From Minisyncoccota bacterium (lineage in GTDB: Bacteria > Patescibacteriota > Minisyncoccia > Phycocordibacterales > UBA9973), in NCBI GenBank assembly GCA_031413715.1, contig JANOFO010000003.1, positions 11,047 to 75,046 of the forward strand: DNA of 64,000 nucleotides. Direction: 5' to 3'. The notes beneath the pieces were generated by a model. That model saw nothing but the letters and a program-made list of their open reading frames with translations, was not told the DNA's origin and ran no database searches. This document shows positions 56,545-64,000 of this stretch, piece by piece (the first letter of the stretch is position 1; each line of letters begins with the position of its first letter). Position numbers and translations under genes: made by a program.

Positions 56545-57858
56545 TTACATGCCATCAGGTGCGACTTCAAGCCTGATGGACAAGAACTTTTGACTATCTT
56601 TAGAAAGGACTTTGACGTTGATGCTATCACCTACCTTTTTGGCACGAATGATTGACGAGAAATCTTGTTCTTGATCCATCTTCTCTCCATCAACTTCAAG
56701 AATAATATCATTCTCTACAATTCCAGCTTTGTCTGCTGGAGAACCTGGCACAACTGCTATATCTGCGGCTGTCGCGCCTCTCTGCACTAAGATGCCGTAA
56801 TCCACACTAAGATTATTCTTTGCTTTCAATTCGGCAGTCACAGGAAGGTACCTTATGCCAACATATGGCCTGATAATCTTACCTGTGGCTTTGACAGAGG
56901 CAATGGCGCTCTTGACACTATTGATAGGGAGAGCAAAACCGACGTTGGAAGAACCTTGGACCACAGCAACGTTTATACCGATAACGTCGCCTCTCAGATT
57001 TAGAAGTGGTCCACCAGAATTGCCTGGATTTATGGCAGCGTCTGTTTGGATAACTTTATCCAGCCTCTCTGACTGCCCCGCACTGTCCCCTGCTATAACT
57101 GAGCGGGAAAGGCCAGAGACTACCCCGACGGAAACACTATTTTTAAATTCACCGAGTGCATTGCCGATAGCAATAACACTTTGGCCGACTTGTAATGCGT
57201 CGGAGTCTCCTAATTGTAGATATGCTTGGTTTGAGACACCAATTTTTAGAAGTGCGACGTCGAGTACACCATCACGAGCAAGGACTGTAGCGCTATACAT
57301 CTTGCCGTTATTGAGAAGGACATCGTAAGTAGCAGTCTTATCTTCAACAACATGACGATTCGTAACAATCATACCGTCGGAAGATATGAGGAATCCAGAA
57401 CCACTACCGATCTTTTTCTTTTCTGTACCATTTTCTTTGTATATAGGTGTCTGGAAAAATCCAGGGAACATGCCTCCGAATGAATCATTGTTTGAATCAT
57501 AAGAAATATCATATTTAGGAACTATCTTACTAACAACAATGGATACTACTGCAGGTTTAGCTGTTTTGACAGCATTGATAACACTATCCTGCCGCGCCAC
57601 ATCAGAAGATACAGGAGGAATTTGTGTCTGACTGTTCTCTGATGGAGTTGTAGAATCATAGATGAGGTTTGAATCGCTTGATTTTACATCTGTAGTGGAA
57701 TTTATTCCAAGAACTTTAAAAACCTGTGTGCGATACTGCCATGCGATAAAAGTTATAAGAGTAATTGTAACGATCACAGTTGCGAAACTTATAAGAATAG
57801 TTCTAACGATTGGATCTCTAAACATGTCTTTAATTTTTTGTAAATTTGAATCTTTCAT
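56545..57858 (-). CDS. htrA: HtrA/DegP-family serine protease with a PDZ domain, membrane-anchored
   Basis: 437 aa. N-terminal TM. Catalytic triad blocks (GSGFLISSDGMIVTNRHVV, DVALLKI, INPGNSGGPLLN). C-terminal PDZ (..IILEVDGEKM..). Confidence 0.9.
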   Translation of the reverse strand: MKDSNLQKIKDMFRDPIVRTILISFATVIVTITLITFIAWQYRTQVFKVLGINSTTDVKSSDSNLIYDSTTPSENSQTQIPPVSSDVARQDSVINAVKTAKPAVVSIVVSKIVPKYDISYDSNNDSFGGMFPGFFQTPIYKENGTEKKKIGSGSGFLISSDGMIVTNRHVVEDKTATYDVLLNNGKMYSATVLARDGVLDVALLKIGVSNQAYLQLGDSDALQVGQSVIAIGNALGEFKNSVSVGVVSGLSRSVIAGDSAGQSERLDKVIQTDAAINPGNSGGPLLNLRGDVIGINVAVVQGSSNVGFALPINSVKSAIASVKATGKIIRPYVGIRYLPVTAELKAKNNLSVDYGILVQRGATAADIAVVPGSPADKAGIVENDIILEVDGEKMDQEQDFSSIIRAKKVGDSINVKVLSKDSQKFLSIRLEVAPDGM

Positions 57859-57931
57859 ATTTATAATTTTATAAGAATGAGTATCGTTGTCAACATTTGG
57901 AGTATCTATCTCTGTACTATACTATATATAC

Positions 57932-59578
57932 ATGAGAAAACTCAAATATATTTTATTTTTCATTCTATCTTTCTATGCCATTAACAACGCGGAGGCGCTT
58001 CAAGTAGAGTACAGTACGACGCTCGGTGTGAAGGGGTCAGATATCTTGATACAATACGCGGATATTGGCAAGAAGCAAAATTACATCTGTAATACTGTCA
58101 CAAGCAAATGCTCTTCAACAAAAAAGACAACGCTTGGTGTCACTCCGAATCTCGCGCTCAAGCCCGAACTTAAAAATGAACTCAGAGAAAAGGGTGCAAG
58201 TCATATCACACTCTCGCCTTCCAAGAATTTCCTGGCATACTATATTGATGGCACAGATAGTGCTCCGAATCGCATGTATACCCTCAGAGATATGAATACC
58301 GGAAAAGAATATACTATCTCAAGTAGTGTGTCGTATTGGGATCTCGTCGCTGATCAGGCTCGTGTGTTTGATTTCTCGCCAGATGATAAGAAACTTATAT
58401 ACCTCGATGATCGAGAAGGTACACTTGCGCTCTACATGGTAGATACAACTATCCTTTCAGATTCTGAAATCACAAGCACGAAACTTGCAACAAGCGCGTA
58501 TCAAGCTGACGATTTTATTTTCACTGATAACCAGACCTTGTATTATATCGGCAACAGTAAAGACAATAAATATATCTGGTCACTTTATCGCTTTAATCTA
58601 ACAACAGGAAAAGATGTTGCCCTTCAAACTGGAGTATCATACGTGGATCCACTCAAGAAAGTCGGTAAGATGCTGGTATTTAACCGTCTCTTCTCGAGAG
58701 GCTACAGTCCGGAGATGTATAATACCAGCACCAAGAAAATCGTAGAGTTCAAGATCCCAAATAAAAGTACAAAGAAAAACCTGACAACAGAGGAAATCAT
58801 AACATCAGGCACTGCGACCGGAGTTCTCATGAAGCCAACATCGAAAGACACGACAAAGTCATTCCCGCTCGTCATCTGGCTACACGGTGGACCATATCGA
58901 CAAACAAGTTACGGATATCATCCGTATCATAGTTATGGTATATATGATTCAATTCTGGAATTACTTCGGAAAGATAATGTCATTGTGCTCAAGCTCGACT
59001 ATCGGGGCAGCTTCGGCTTCGGCCGAAGCTTTGCTGAAGACATCAAAGGCTCAGTTGGTAAGGGTGACGTACAGGATGTAATGGATGCTATCGCATATGC
59101 AAAGAATCGTTATCATGTAAGCAATGTTTATCTAGCAGGCAATAGTTATGGAGGATACCTAGCACTCAGTACACTTGTCCAACATCCAGAACCTCTCACC
59201 GGAGTGATATCTATAAACGGAGTGACCGACTGGGAAAGTTTGCTTGTAAAAATGCAAACATCGATATTCAATACCGAATTCAATGGTTTACCCATCGAGG
59301 GTAATCGCGTTTTATACGATCAAGCTTCTATATACAACAAGATAAACAATATAGGTAATCAGAAAATATCCATCGTAGCAGGAGTATCTGATAGGACGAT
59401 CCCCTATTGGCAAGCGACCGACCTTAACGACAAATTAAAAGCTGCTGGAAAAAATGTAACACTCATCTCATACGAGAATGAGGATCATGTATATAAAGAA
59501 AAGAAAACTATTCAAAACTTGTGCAAACAGATGTTTGCCTTTGTTGAAATACCAGTAGACAAAGAATGTAATAAATAA
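57932..59578 (+). CDS. S9-family serine peptidase (prolyl oligopeptidase / dipeptidyl-peptidase type), secreted
   Basis: Signal peptide (MRKLKYILFFILSFYAINNAEA). N-terminal beta-propeller region. Alpha/beta-hydrolase domain with VIWLHGGP and the nucleophile elbow GNSYGGY. Confidence 0.8.
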   Translation: MRKLKYILFFILSFYAINNAEALQVEYSTTLGVKGSDILIQYADIGKKQNYICNTVTSKCSSTKKTTLGVTPNLALKPELKNELREKGASHITLSPSKNFLAYYIDGTDSAPNRMYTLRDMNTGKEYTISSSVSYWDLVADQARVFDFSPDDKKLIYLDDREGTLALYMVDTTILSDSEITSTKLATSAYQADDFIFTDNQTLYYIGNSKDNKYIWSLYRFNLTTGKDVALQTGVSYVDPLKKVGKMLVFNRLFSRGYSPEMYNTSTKKIVEFKIPNKSTKKNLTTEEIITSGTATGVLMKPTSKDTTKSFPLVIWLHGGPYRQTSYGYHPYHSYGIYDSILELLRKDNVIVLKLDYRGSFGFGRSFAEDIKGSVGKGDVQDVMDAIAYAKNRYHVSNVYLAGNSYGGYLALSTLVQHPEPLTGVISINGVTDWESLLVKMQTSIFNTEFNGLPIEGNRVLYDQASIYNKINNIGNQKISIVAGVSDRTIPYWQATDLNDKLKAAGKNVTLISYENEDHVYKEKKTIQNLCKQMFAFVEIPVDKECNK

Positions 59579-59580
59579 AA

Positions 59581-59952
59581 CTATTTCAAAAGAGATTTCA
59601 CGTTCTCAATATCAAGCCCTATCTGCAGAGCCAGATCCTCGACGTTCGTGAACTTTTTTATACCCCGCAGTCGAGATACGATATTAATTTCTATAGGAAT
59701 ATCTTGAGTATTGGGAACATTATCATCGGTAAAATCAAGAAGGTGAACTTCCATAGTTTTCTCTTTCTGATCGAATGTCGGTATAGCTCCGAAGTGGAGT
59801 GCGCCTTTGTATGTGGCATCACCGATCGTGATCCACGCTGCGTAAATACCCTGCTCGAGAGCAAGATCTATGGGAACGACCAAATTGATCGTCGGAAACC
59901 CGATCTTGTGCCCGCGGCCTTCGCCTCTAATTTGCCGAGACGTGAACTGCAT
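59581..59952 (-). CDS. Monofunctional riboflavin kinase-like protein
   Basis: 123 aa. GEGRGHKIGFPTINL...YAAWITIG...ALHFGAIPTF...EVHLLDF matches the riboflavin kinase domain of RibF. Confidence 0.7.
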   Translation of the reverse strand: MQFTSRQIRGEGRGHKIGFPTINLVVPIDLALEQGIYAAWITIGDATYKGALHFGAIPTFDQKEKTMEVHLLDFTDDNVPNTQDIPIEINIVSRLRGIKKFTNVEDLALQIGLDIENVKSLLK

Positions 59953-60856
59953 CAGATTGCAAGTGAGCTATTTTATATATTGCGAATGATAATATAAAAG
60001 CAGCAAAAAACTGAGACGCTGCAAGTGTCGTGTGATAAAGCGTCATATCAATGAAAATAGCGATAAACGGAAATGTGAGCTCGAGCATAGTTGAAATGTG
60101 CACGGGGGTTTTCTTGAGGCCTTTATAGTAAATGAGAAGAGCAACCATACCCGTCGAGACTGCGATAAGCGCAAAGAGTCCAAACTGGGGCGGGGTCGGT
60201 AGAGAAAGTGAAGAGCCGTAGCCAAATATAATAATCACTATAAATGCGATAATGCTCGTTATGAGGAATCGGTAAAAGGTACTTGTCTTCGATGAGACGT
60301 TGGTAAGAATCATTTTAGAAAATGTAGTCGATGTACCCCACGCAAAAGCTGCACCGAGAGCATAGAGTGCAGCTATAACTGTATCTGTGCCGGTAGTCAG
60401 ATTCACTACTCCATTCTTGAATGTCACAAAGTAAGCAGCCAAGATTGCAAGGAGAGCCCATCTTATATATCTCCTATCTGGCTTTTCTTTTAGAAAGATG
60501 GAGGCCGAACTGATAGCAAACACAGGTTGTAATTTCTGAAGCAAAAAGACAACAGAGAAAGAAATAAAGTGAACCTTGAGTAGTGCCGTCGTAAACCAAA
60601 GCGTCCCGAGCAAACCGCTCAAAACTGCTACAAGCAAGAGTAGCCAGGCCTCTCTCTTGCCAATCCTCTCCTTGAGTACACTGCCAAGGAAAAAGGGAGT
60701 CATGATCAAAAGCCCGATAGCGTGTTCAAAGAATATGATTGTGATAGGAGGCAGACTGTAGAGATACCTACGTATAACACCGTCAAATGCCCAAAGCAGA
60801 GCTGCTATTATAATCAGTAGCGGACCGCTTGCACCTATCCTTTGTAATCTTGCCAT
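59927..60856 (-). CDS. EamA/DMT-family transporter (10 TM helices)
   Basis: 309 aa with two EamA-like halves. Confidence 0.7.
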   Translation of the reverse strand: MARLQRIGASGPLLIIIAALLWAFDGVIRRYLYSLPPITIIFFEHAIGLLIMTPFFLGSVLKERIGKREAWLLLLVAVLSGLLGTLWFTTALLKVHFISFSVVFLLQKLQPVFAISSASIFLKEKPDRRYIRWALLAILAAYFVTFKNGVVNLTTGTDTVIAALYALGAAFAWGTSTTFSKMILTNVSSKTSTFYRFLITSIIAFIVIIIFGYGSSLSLPTPPQFGLFALIAVSTGMVALLIYYKGLKKTPVHISTMLELTFPFIAIFIDMTLYHTTLAASQFFAAFILSFAIYKIAHLQSDAVHVSAN

Positions 60857-60962
60857 ATGACCAATAGTATACTAGGTTTTATGCTTTAAAGAAACCTAGA
60901 TAGGAATAAAGCTCATATTTGATATAATGTATAAACAATTAATAATAAATATAAACAAAAAA

Positions 60963-61646
60963 ATGGGATTTGAAAATTTTAAAAAAATGTTTGGTATTAC
61001 CGCAGCAATATCAACAGGAATTGCTGCTAACGCTGACGATAATAATAAAAAGGCTGACGCGATTTTCGCTAATCCAGATGCTAAAAAAATAGAGATATCA
61101 GTTGATAGTCCGAAGGATTCGACAAAAAATACAGGTGAAGAAGACCCTATAAACACTTTAAAGCCTGGAGAAAAGTTTAGACAAGTACCCGTCAATATGG
61201 AGCTCGGTGGGATCAAAGCTGAAGGAATGATACTTATCCCTATGCCAGGTGACACAACTAAAAACTATTACTTGATCAAATTCTCTGGAGAAGGTGAAAA
61301 CTTAATAGGAAAGATACTGGCAGCACTCAAAGCTTTAAATCTTAAACCTGGTTCTGGTGAATTACTTAAATATATAAATGATGAAGCCTTTAGAAAGGCT
61401 GGGAAGAGTGTTATGGCTATAGATAAGATTTATACGGAAGCAGAGAATCTAGGACAAAATCAATTTGTCCTAGTTAACGAAAACAGAACCGTAATGATCC
61501 TAAATGCCCTTAAAAATATACAAACTACAGAAATTAGATCTATGACGCAATATGGAACAACAATAGATTATGCAATTTTTGTAACTGGTGAAAAAAATAA
61601 AAGTAGTAGCCCAAATAACGGAGACTATGTAAGTACGAATAAATAA
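60963..61646 (+). CDS. Hypothetical secreted protein
   Basis: Signal peptide (MGFENFKKMFGITAAISTGIAANA). AT-rich, K/N-rich mature part. No domain recognised. Confidence 0.5.
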   Translation: MGFENFKKMFGITAAISTGIAANADDNNKKADAIFANPDAKKIEISVDSPKDSTKNTGEEDPINTLKPGEKFRQVPVNMELGGIKAEGMILIPMPGDTTKNYYLIKFSGEGENLIGKILAALKALNLKPGSGELLKYINDEAFRKAGKSVMAIDKIYTEAENLGQNQFVLVNENRTVMILNALKNIQTTEIRSMTQYGTTIDYAIFVTGEKNKSSSPNNGDYVSTNK

Positions 61647-61853
61647 ATATTGTCAGTTAAAAACACCCTAAATCCATTGGGGTGTTTTCGTTTTAAACCA
61701 TGGAATACTTGACTTTTTAGACAAAAAGTTTTAAGGTGGCGTAAGTTTTAGCTCTTTAAAACAATTGGTTTTACATATTAGGTAAAGAACTTTGCACTTC
61801 TATAAGTACAGGAGCGTATAGCTTTTTACCTAACAATTTAAAAAAACCAAACA

Positions 61854-62708
61854 ATGAAAAAGATTATTAGTATAATCGCAGCTTCAATAATAGGAGTAAG
61901 CGCTGTTTCTGGACAAAATTTTGAGAACTATTTTACAAACGGTGAATTAAAAGCCGCTTATGCCGAGAAAGAGCAGGGATCCGGCAGCACAAGTATTGAT
62001 CTGACATGGAAAACCCTTTACGGTCCTATTTCCTTCCAGGTAATGGCAACCAGTGGCCCGAGCATGTCTGTGTCCCATTTAGGATGTACGAGTATCCGCG
62101 GCTACAGTACTACGAACGGACAGCCGTGTACAAATTACCGTCCCTACCCTCAATTCATTTCTGTAAGTTTGGGCGGCGGAGGTATGAAACATTTCAAAAA
62201 CAAAAAGGTAGTTATCTGGCAGGTTGGTGCCACCGGGTTATTATCCCCTAAGAAAACATCTCCTTCCAAAAATACTGAGTGGTTCTGGGGAGGAAATGCA
62301 GGAGCAACATTCAGGAACGAAAAAGAAAAAAGGAATTATGAATTAGGTGTAAGTGTTATGCATGTCACTCAGCCGAAAGATTCGGTCGGTGCAACAAAGC
62401 GTAGCATAACCGTAGCAAACGCAGATGGAGTAAAATATCTGGGTGATATATTTGGCATAGGGATATCTTCCAGAGTGGAAATATTTTATGCAAAAAAAAT
62501 GTCATTCAAGGACATACAGATCCGGACAGATATAAACCCCTTTATCGCCTTGAAGCTTAAATCCAAACCCTGGGCATTCAGAGCCGGCGTTGAAATCAGG
62601 CGCATAAATAACATAGCCACTGGTTTCTCATCAAGAGGCCGCTATGAGAAGCCAGCCGGAACAGTAAGTGTACTACTTACTATTCAATCAAAAACAAAAA
62701 AACGTTAA
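61854..62708 (+). CDS. Hypothetical secreted protein carrying the GYSxTNGQPCT Cys motif
   Basis: 284 aa. Signal peptide (MKKIISIIAASIIGVSAVSG). The motif GCTSIRGYSTTNGQPCTNY is also present twice in the 955-aa surface protein. Beta-rich remainder. Confidence 0.5.
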   Translation: MKKIISIIAASIIGVSAVSGQNFENYFTNGELKAAYAEKEQGSGSTSIDLTWKTLYGPISFQVMATSGPSMSVSHLGCTSIRGYSTTNGQPCTNYRPYPQFISVSLGGGGMKHFKNKKVVIWQVGATGLLSPKKTSPSKNTEWFWGGNAGATFRNEKEKRNYELGVSVMHVTQPKDSVGATKRSITVANADGVKYLGDIFGIGISSRVEIFYAKKMSFKDIQIRTDINPFIALKLKSKPWAFRAGVEIRRINNIATGFSSRGRYEKPAGTVSVLLTIQSKTKKR

Positions 62709-62771
62709 AAACAAATAGGGATTCTGCTCATTAGTGGAATCCCTATTTTTTGGGATAATAATTGAGATTAT

Positions 62772-63116
62772 TTATTCTTTTTCCTTAAACTCTACAGTTC
62801 GAATATTCTCTACTGTTTTGTTTACTACTTTCTTGGTTGTTCGGCTTAATGCTTTGGTGAGTTTGTATATGACAAGTCCGATGAAGTAGGAACCGAGGAG
62901 TCCTACAAAGAAAATAATTTTGAAGAACAGATATGGACCGCCCAAAAAGTTTGTAAATGCGAGCATAAACAAGAAAGCAAGCCCGAGGATAATAAATATG
63001 AGGGGTAAGATTATTGTTCCTACAACTAGGTCGCGAAGCTGTGATCCAGCAAAACCTCCTGGGTTTTCTTTGGCTTCCTTAATATTGTTTCTAATTTGGA
63101 ATATTTTAAAAATCAT
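62772..63116 (-). CDS. Small two-TM membrane protein, hypothetical
   Basis: 114 aa with two hydrophobic helices. Confidence 0.45.
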   Translation of the reverse strand: MIFKIFQIRNNIKEAKENPGGFAGSQLRDLVVGTIILPLIFIILGLAFLFMLAFTNFLGGPYLFFKIIFFVGLLGSYFIGLVIYKLTKALSRTTKKVVNKTVENIRTVEFKEKE

Positions 63117-63179
63117 AGGTGTATTATATCAGACTTAAGAGCACTTCATAAATCGGCATTAAAGAGTATAATTAAATGT

Positions 63180-63704
63180 ATGAGAACAATACATTCATCA
63201 CAAAAAAATAGAGGTGTGTCAGGTATAGATATTACAATTGTTTTAGGTATTATAGCTATATTAATTACACTCTCGTTTAGTTCTAGTCGGTCAATGGGTT
63301 ATAAAACCTGGATAAATAAGGAGTCAAATTACAAGCAAGCGGATACAATAAACCAAGGCTATATACCTCCACCGCCATATAGTCCCCCTACTACTAACAC
63401 AACACCGGTTATCACACTTTATGGCGATAACCCCTATCAAATTTTTCATCCTGGAACCATACCAACTTGTGATCCGCCAGATAGCTGTCCTCCTCCTCGT
63501 ACCGATATATACAAAGAACCCGGTTACAAAGCATACGACAAAGAAGATGGCGATATAACTAGAAATGTTGTTGTTGAAGATGAGATCATGGATACTGCAG
63601 TTATGAACCCATGTCACCAGTGGAACAAAAAGTATACAGTGAGAGACTCTAAAAACAACACTGTAGCCGTTCGTCGATCTATCAATGAATGCAATGGCAT
63701 GTAA
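63180..63704 (+). CDS. Hypothetical membrane-anchored protein with a Pro-rich linker and a Cys-containing C-terminal domain
   Basis: Starts at M29 of the ORF. N-terminal NRGVSGIDITIVLGIIAILITL is only weakly pilin-like (it lacks the canonical G-F-T-L-I-E spacing). PPPPYSPPTT linker. Confidence 0.4.
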   Translation: MRTIHSSQKNRGVSGIDITIVLGIIAILITLSFSSSRSMGYKTWINKESNYKQADTINQGYIPPPPYSPPTTNTTPVITLYGDNPYQIFHPGTIPTCDPPDSCPPPRTDIYKEPGYKAYDKEDGDITRNVVVEDEIMDTAVMNPCHQWNKKYTVRDSKNNTVAVRRSINECNGM

Positions 63705-63718
63705 ATACAAATTAAAAA

Positions 63719-63746
63719 CTCTCCGACCTGGGTCGGAGAGTTTTTA
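63719..63746. terminator. Bidirectional hairpin terminator
   Basis: ctctccgacc / ggtcggagag stem followed by TTTTT. It lies between convergent genes. Confidence 0.6.
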
Positions 63747-63758
63747 ATTTAAGCAATA

Positions 63759-64000
63759 TTAAGGCTTAACCAAGAACCACATTCCACCAAAGTTTTGACC
63801 TTTTGTATCCCCTTCCAAAGTGTCATTTTTGTAGGTGTATAGAGGCATACCATTGTATGTGAGATGTTTAGTACCATCAGAGCGACTAATCACTGAGAAG
63901 TCCCCTGTAGCACCCGCACCCGCTATGAGCGATGTACCAGCTGTCGTAGTATGAGGTATCCAAGTCGCCGCACAAGTACCAGAACAATTACTTACGCCTT
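63759..64000 (-). CDS. C-terminal part of a secreted repeat protein with the Y-x-x-D lipoprotein repeat (COG4315/PF03640-like); the N-terminus is beyond the window
   Basis: The reverse-strand translation ends ..GMPLYTYKNDTLEGDTKGQNFGGMWFLVKP*, which resembles the repeated motif of that family. Confidence 0.5.
   Translation of the reverse strand, partial: GVSNCSGTCAATWIPHTTTAGTSLIAGAGATGDFSVISRSDGTKHLTYNGMPLYTYKNDTLEGDTKGQNFGGMWFLVKP

Noticed and set aside
61854-62708. Bacteroidetes-style signal peptide (MKKIISIIAASIIGVSAVSG) suggesting a T9SS PorP/SprF-like outer-membrane protein or foreign DNA
   Set aside because: It shares the GYSxTNGQPCT motif with the native 955-aa surface protein, and the local composition is similar to the rest of the contig. 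No other diderm or T9SS genes are present. It is kept as a native secreted protein.
63324-63710. 128-aa minus-strand ORF
   Set aside because: It is entirely embedded antisense in the 63180-63704 gene, which has a TM helix and a Pro-rich linker. It has no features of its own.

Overview
This window is a gene-dense, low-GC (~40%) stretch of bacterial chromosome, almost entirely housekeeping genes, with the look of a reduced genome of the CPR/Patescibacteria type. Supporting signs, all inferred from the sequence: a short IF-2 (~514 aa), a short Rel (487 aa) lacking the C-terminal regulatory domains, an rpsF-ssb-rpsR operon with no rplI following, many 1-4 nt gene overlaps, and large membrane-anchored or secreted proteins with no recognisable homologs. 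Recognisable genes, left to right: ftsQ (partial), serS, dprA, topA, rel, parB, tRNA-Tyr, clpB, a cysteine desulfurase, infB, rbfA, tRNA-Cys, tRNA-Leu, secG, an OppA-like binding protein, RNase J, an MFS transporter, an RsuA-like pseudouridine synthase, a 955-aa Kelch-propeller/PG-binding surface protein, rpsF-ssb-rpsR, tatD, metG, an AI-2E transporter, an M16 peptidase, a CYTH protein, glyS, recO, ileS, argS, htrA, an S9 peptidase, a riboflavin kinase and a DMT transporter. The most unusual features are (1) an isoleucyl-tRNA synthetase carrying a complete histidine-phosphatase (PGAM-family) domain inserted into its catalytic core and preceded by a T-box leader; and (2) a ~10 kb deoxynucleotide salvage/sanitation and thymidylate cluster (45.9-56.4 kb). 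That cluster holds dut, tmk, a T4-gp1-like dNMP kinase, a DNPH1/Rcl-like dNMP N-hydrolase, five NUDIX hydrolases, two extra P-loop kinases, glyA, dcd, PNP, a CYTH protein and a long, divergent ThyX-like protein. In the middle of that cluster sits (3) a small wHTH + Cas2-like protein gene bracketed by two near-identical 34-bp palindromes (TGACACA-N7-CCATGG-N7-TGTGTCA). No rRNA, CRISPR array or obvious transposase was seen. All calls rest on reading the translated ORFs and the raw sequence; no database search was run.
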